DNA of 64,000 nucleotides, from NCBI GenBank assembly GCA_030390025.1, contig CM059432.1, positions 992,001 to 1,056,000 on the forward strand. The letters run 5' to 3'. This DNA is from Squalus acanthias. Lineage: Eukaryota. The notes below the pieces were generated by a model that saw only the letters and a program-made list of their open reading frames with translations, was not told the DNA's origin and ran no database searches. This document shows, piece by piece, positions 58,669 through 64,000 of the stretch. Position numbers and translations under genes: made by a program. Positions within the stretch are counted from its first letter, which is position 1; each line of letters begins with the position of its first letter.

Positions 58669-59574
58669 TTGATAGGGTCAGATGAAGTAGGGTGGGAGGA
58701 GGCTTGTGTAGAACATTACCACCAGTGTAGACCTGTTGGCTGAATGGCCTGTTTCTGTGCTATGTAGAAGGCAATTTTAACCCGCCCCCCAGCAGAAACT
58801 TGGTGGGCGGGCAGTTAAAATCGCCCCGGGCTCTCACCTGTCCAAAAGCCACCACGATCGCAACAGCTGTAATTTTAAGCTGCTCTCCTGAGCAGGCAGC
58901 AAGGACACCCGCCCGGAGCCGACAGGGTCCTTCTTTACATACGCGTACTGCAGCCCGATGACATAATTGAGACCCGACTGTAATTTTAACTCAGGCCTAG
59001 GGTTAAAATCGGGGCCAATGTAAAGTTTGTGAGGTCGTACAGAAAACAATTCCTATTAGTGAACAGCTGGGACCTTTAGTGAATTTGCTGCCATGCATTC
59101 TATTCATTGATTTGGCAGTCTCTGGAAACATTTAGGTCTAACATTTTTAAATCAATTCCCACAGTGCTGCCTGACAGAACTTTTAATCTGTGCAGGTATT
59201 GGCCATATTCTCACCCCAGTTTTCAGAAAAACAACTAATTATTGTCTAGACGGGGAAAGGCTGTTCCCACTAGTTGATGGTACAAGGACTGGGGGACACA
59301 GATTTAAGGTTTTGGGCAAGAGATACAGGGGGGATGTGAGGAAAAACTTTGTTACGCAGCGAGTGGTGAGGAGCTGGAACTCGCTGCCAACGGAAGTGGT
59401 GGAAGTGGCGACACTCAATGTTTTCAAGGGGAGACTGGATAGGCACTTGAGGGAAATAAACTTGCAGGGCTACGGGGATAGAGCGGGGGAATGGGACTGA
59501 CTGGATTGCTCTGCAGAGAGCCAGCATGGACTCGATGGGCCGAATGGCGGCCTCCTGTGCCGTTATGACTCTAT

Positions 59575-60417
59575 GGGGGAAAAATTTGGTTGCTTTGCGC
59601 CTCTCGTTAGCGAGGGCGCTAATGGGGTGCAAAGCAACTAGCGCCCGGGTGCGGCGATGTTTGCGCCGCTCACGAAATTGACCAGACATTTTGCGGCGGC
59701 GCTAAACACTACCGCCACGATCTCCTGCGCCGGCAGATCGTGACGTCAATCGAGCGTGCAATGCCCCGGTAGCGCCCGGACCAGATATTGAGTGGCGCCC
59801 CCTGCCTTACTACCTACTGCTAGCAACGACAGGTTGAGGGGAGCGTTTTGCAGTCGGGAAGGGACTGGGGGAGCGCTATTTAAAGGCGACCGCTTCCTGC
59901 CTTTTTTTGTTGGCGACATTTTTGCACCACGCATTCTGAGAGAGAGAGAGAGAGAGACTTCTGGAGAGATTCAACGTGTGTGAAGGAGTTTTGGGTACTG
60001 AGCAGCACTTTGCAGGTTCATTTTGATTTGACCTTCCTTGCATCGATTTAGAAGAGACTATGGGGGCTGCACTCTGAGCTCTTTCCCTGGTACTCTCCAT
60101 TGTTCTTTCCAGCAGATTTGATGTACAGGTCTCTCCAGGCTGAGATTCAAGGCTGCAATGAGCAGGGTGTGGATGGAGAGCAAGATCAACCCTCCCCTTT
60201 AAGAACTGGCCGGCGCCATTGTGTGTGTGTGTTCCATTGCTGACTGACATCACATGAGCTTTGCCAGCGCTCTGAGGTAGCGCATCGCTCCTCGGCGTTA
60301 GCGCTTTAAGAGAGGTGTGTAGCGCTTGATTTAGCGCTCCAATCACCTCCAGGGGCGATAGAAGCCAAGTTTGCAGTCGGAGGCGATAATTAGCGCCCCA
60401 AACCGAACTTCTCCCCC
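59575..60417. mobile_element. Harbinger-family non-autonomous element
   Basis: TIRs gggggaaaaattt / aacttctccccc with a TAT TSD; sister copy of 22692-23584. Confidence 0.85.
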
Positions 60418-60661
60418 TATGACTCTATGATATGCTGATAGGGTTAGATGAAAAGGGGTGGGAGGAGGCTCGGGTGGAGCATAAACACCAGCATGGACCT
60501 GTTGGGCCGAATGGCCTGTTTCTGTGTTGTACACTTTTTGTAATTTTGTGTAATACTTTGTCTAATAAATCTAGGTACAATCTGCATGTTGTAGTGTTTT
60601 TTCTTTACTAACATGTCAATTGCTGTCTTGTAACTAAAGTTTCTTATTTATAATCTTTCAG

Positions 60662-60858
60662 TGCTTGGCCGTATTAAGAATAGTCTAGTAAAAACTATTG
60701 AAGAGAACAAGGAACTTGCAAGTGATATAAAGGATGCACTAAATTTGTACCAGTCTAAATTAATGGATCTTCAAGAAGCGATGACAGAAGCAGCCAACTT
60801 AACCAGAAAGGCCGATGACCTCAATAGAATCAACTCCATTTCACTGGAAGCTATTAAG
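60662..60858 (+). CDS. LAMA3: Laminin alpha-3 exon (coiled coil); the gene continues beyond the window
   Basis: ctttcag|TG...AAG|gtgatt. Encodes (L)LGRIKNSLVKTIEENKELASDIKDALNLYQSKLMDLQEAMTEAANLTRKADDLNRINSISLEAIK. Confidence 0.93.
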
Positions 60859-62967
60859 GTGATTGTTGTTGTTTAATAGAAAATGAATTCCATAATTTAT
60901 CTGTTGAGTTTTTTTTTACAAAGTCAATGTTTGTAATGCGCCATAGGTTAGATATTCTACTCAATTGTACCCAACTAAGGGTTTTGAAGGAATTATGAGG
61001 GGTTTTGATGAAGAACATAAGGAGAAACTGTTTCCACTGGCAGGAGGGTCAGTAACCAGAGGACACAGATTTAAGATAATTGGAAAAAGAGCCAGAGGGG
61101 GAGATTTTTTTTTACGTAGCGAGTTGTTGTGATCTGGAACGCGCTGCCTGAAAGGGCGGTGGAAGCAGATTCAATAGTAACTTTCAAAAGGGAATTGGAT
61201 AAAAAATGCAGGGCTGTGGGGAAAGAGCAGGGGGGAGTGGGACTAATTGAATGGCTCTTTCAAAGAGCCGGCACAGGTACGATGGGCCGAATGGCCTCCT
61301 TCTGTGCGCTATGATTCTATGATGCAACCGTATATTAGCACAGAAAACCCGACAGAGTGATTTGAATGGTTTGTCCGCCTGTCGTATCATCAAGAACAGT
61401 AAACAGCCCATAGCATTCAGCTACATTTACACTTCAGATTGAAAGAGTCCATAATTGGCTCCTCCGGGTTGAGAGTTTGAGTACTAATGCTGCAGGAAGT
61501 ATTCTAGCTCAATCCACTAGGAACTATGACACACCGGCAAGAGAAAAAAAACTGATAAAGGTATTTAAGTTCCTTAAGATAAAAATATATATTTTTCTAA
61601 TGCAGCACCAGAAGTATTTCGTGTCTTCTTAAAGTTTTCATCAGTTGGTGAGTCTAGGACTAGGGGGCAGAGTCTAAAAATTAGAGCCAGACCTTTCAGG
61701 AGTGAAATTAGGAAACACTTCTACACACAAAGGGCGGTAGAAGTTTGGAACTCTCCTCCGCAAATGGCAATCGATGCTGGGTCAATTGTTAATTTTAAAT
61801 CGGAGATTGATAGCTTTTTGTTAACCAAAGGTATTAAGGGATATGGGGCAAAGGCGGGTTTATGGAGTTAGATCACAGATCAGCCATGATCTCATCGAAT
61901 GGCGGAACAGGCTCGAGGGGCTGAATGGCCTCCTCCTGTTCCTATGAATACTGCTTTCATTGTTTGAATTTTAGTGCGAGTGAAAGGATCTGGTTTCAGC
62001 TAAAGCAAATCATTCAAAGCAAATCTATTCAAAACACACCAGTGACATCTCTTGGCAGAAAAATGGTACTAAACTCCAACTATATCTTGCTGTCTTTTGG
62101 TGCTGTATAATGTTTGAAGTTGCTTGTATAAATATCATTGTTAAGCACCAAAACCAACAACCTCAACCTGCACAAAATGTTATTGATATTTAGGTTGTGT
62201 AGAGTGGATTTATATGTTATTAATGCGCCTTGGGAGGATTTTCTACATTAAAGGCGCTATATAAATGCAAGTTGTTGTTATTTCTTAATCCTCCGCCCTT
62301 CCTAGACTTCAGCTCATCCAAAACTCAGTGTACCCAGACCCTCACTAAGTTCCACTCACCCATCACCCCTGGTGCATTTCACCCTCCCTTCACCCTACCA
62401 TTGGCAGTCATGCTTTCAGCCGCCTAGGCCCTCTGCTCTGGAATTTCTTCCCGAAGCCGCTCCACCTGGCTCTCCTTTAAGATCTTCCTTAAAACCCACC
62501 TCTTTGACCAAGCTTTTTGTCACCCCCGCCTATAAGAACATAAGAAATAGACGCAGGAGTCGGCCATTCAGCCCTTCGAGCCTGCTCGCCATTCAATAAG
62601 ATCATGGGTGATCTTCGACCTCAACTCCACCTTCCTGCCCAATCCCCATATCCCTTGGTTCCCTTAGTATCCAAAAATCTATCGATCTCTGTCTTGAATA
62701 TACTCAGCAACTGACCATCCACAGCACGCTGTGAAGTGTCTTGTGTTGGTTTTCTACATTAAAGGCACAATGCAGAGGCAATTGTTTGTTGATAATGGCT
62801 GTATAAATCAAGAGTAATTGACCCGTAAAGCAGATGTTTCTAACTATTTGAACCTGGTCAGAGTTGAATAGAGTGGAATTTGGCACAGATACCTTTGTAG
62901 GCCAAATCTTGCAGTCTGATCTTGGACTTTGGTGACCTCCTTTAGGAGAGTGAATGGATTGGTTATA

Positions 62968-63680
62968 ATTTTTTTGAATTTATTCTTTCATGGGATGTGG
63001 GCGTCGCTGGCAAGGCCAGCATTTATTGCCCATCCCTAGTTGCCCTGGAGAAGGTGGTGGTGAGCCACCTTCTTGAACCGCTGCAGTCCGTGTGGTGATC
63101 GTACTTCCACAGTTAGGTAGGGAGTTCCAGGATTTTGACCCAGCGACGATGAAGTACCGGCGATATACTTCTAAGTCAGGATGGTGTGTGACTTGGAGGG
63201 GAACTTGGAGGTGGTGGTGTTCCCACGCGCCTGCTGCCCTTGTCCTTCTAGGTGGAAGAGGTCGCGGGTTTGGGAGGTGCTGCCGAAGAAGCCTTGGCGA
63301 GTTGCTGCAGTGCATCTTGTAGATGGTACACACTGCAGCCACGGTACGCCAGTGGTGGAGGGAGTGAATGTTTAAGGTGGTGGATGGGGTGCCAATCAAG
63401 CGGGCGAGCTTCTTGAGTGTTGTTGGAGCTGCGCTCATCCAGGCAAGTGGAGAGTATTCCATCACACTCCTTACTTGTGCCTTGTAGATGGTGGAAAGGC
63501 TTTGGGGAGTCAGGAGGTGAGACACTCACCGCAGAATACCTAGCCTCTGATCTGCTCTTGTTGCCACAGTATTTATGCGGCCGGTCCAATTAAGTTTCTG
63601 GTTAATGGTGACCCCCAGGATGTTGATAGTGGGGGATTCGGCAATGGAAATGCTGTTGAATGTCAAGGGGAGGGGATTAG
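62968..63680 (-). mobile_element. 3' fragment of the same LINE family as 17690-21152
   Basis: Encodes TIYKAQVRSVMEYSPLAW and shares the same 3' end. Confidence 0.88.
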
Positions 63681-64000
63681 ACTATTAACAAATGCAGTAA
63701 CATTGCTTTGGCTAATACTGTTCAAGTGAATAAGCATATTTAATAATACATTGCGGAGTAGTAGAATTCTTATTTGTGCAAGTGATTCTCCATATAGTGA
63801 AATCTCAGTCACAACAATTCCACTGCAGGAAAGCATGGAACATCTACAACAACAACTTGCATTTATATAGCACCTTTAATGACGTAAAATGTCCCAAGGT
63901 GCCTCACAGGAGCGATATTCGGACAGGTAACCAAAAGCTTGGTCAAAGAGGTAGGTTTTAAGCAGCGTCATGAAGGAGGAGAGAGCGGTAGCTAGGCGGA

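Noticed and set aside
2925..60858. Calling the gene LAMA5
   Set aside because: The short LE rod before the coiled coil, the EDPKD linker exon and the internal signal-peptide exon all fit LAMA3.

Overview
This is a eukaryotic, repeat-rich intronic window, most likely from a cartilaginous fish (inferred from HE1/V-SINE, SacSINE1-like DeuSINE and CR1/L2 content). It covers the middle of a + strand laminin alpha-3 gene (LAMA3). I reconstructed 16 internal coding exons by hand, all with compatible splice phases: LE repeats, the L4 domain, the short LEc rod and the start of the coiled coil. A 28-kb intron holds a separate ATG-bearing signal-peptide exon (41810-41980) with its own TATA/AP-1/Smad-site promoter, which looks like the alpha-3A internal start known in mammals. 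Other notable features: a young, GC-rich CsRn1-type Gypsy LTR retrotransposon (24706-29097); a palindromic Penelope-like insertion with hammerhead-like motifs (7106-7945); a near full-length LINE with a tRNA-like Pol III head; a chimeric CR1 insertion carrying 88 bp of nearby intron DNA in inverted orientation; a GC-AG intron; PIF/Harbinger elements and MITEs; and TE-derived minisatellites. Family assignments and human comparisons come from recalled motifs, not database searches. TE boundaries without a TSD are approximate, and many short truncated LINE/SINE fragments are not listed.
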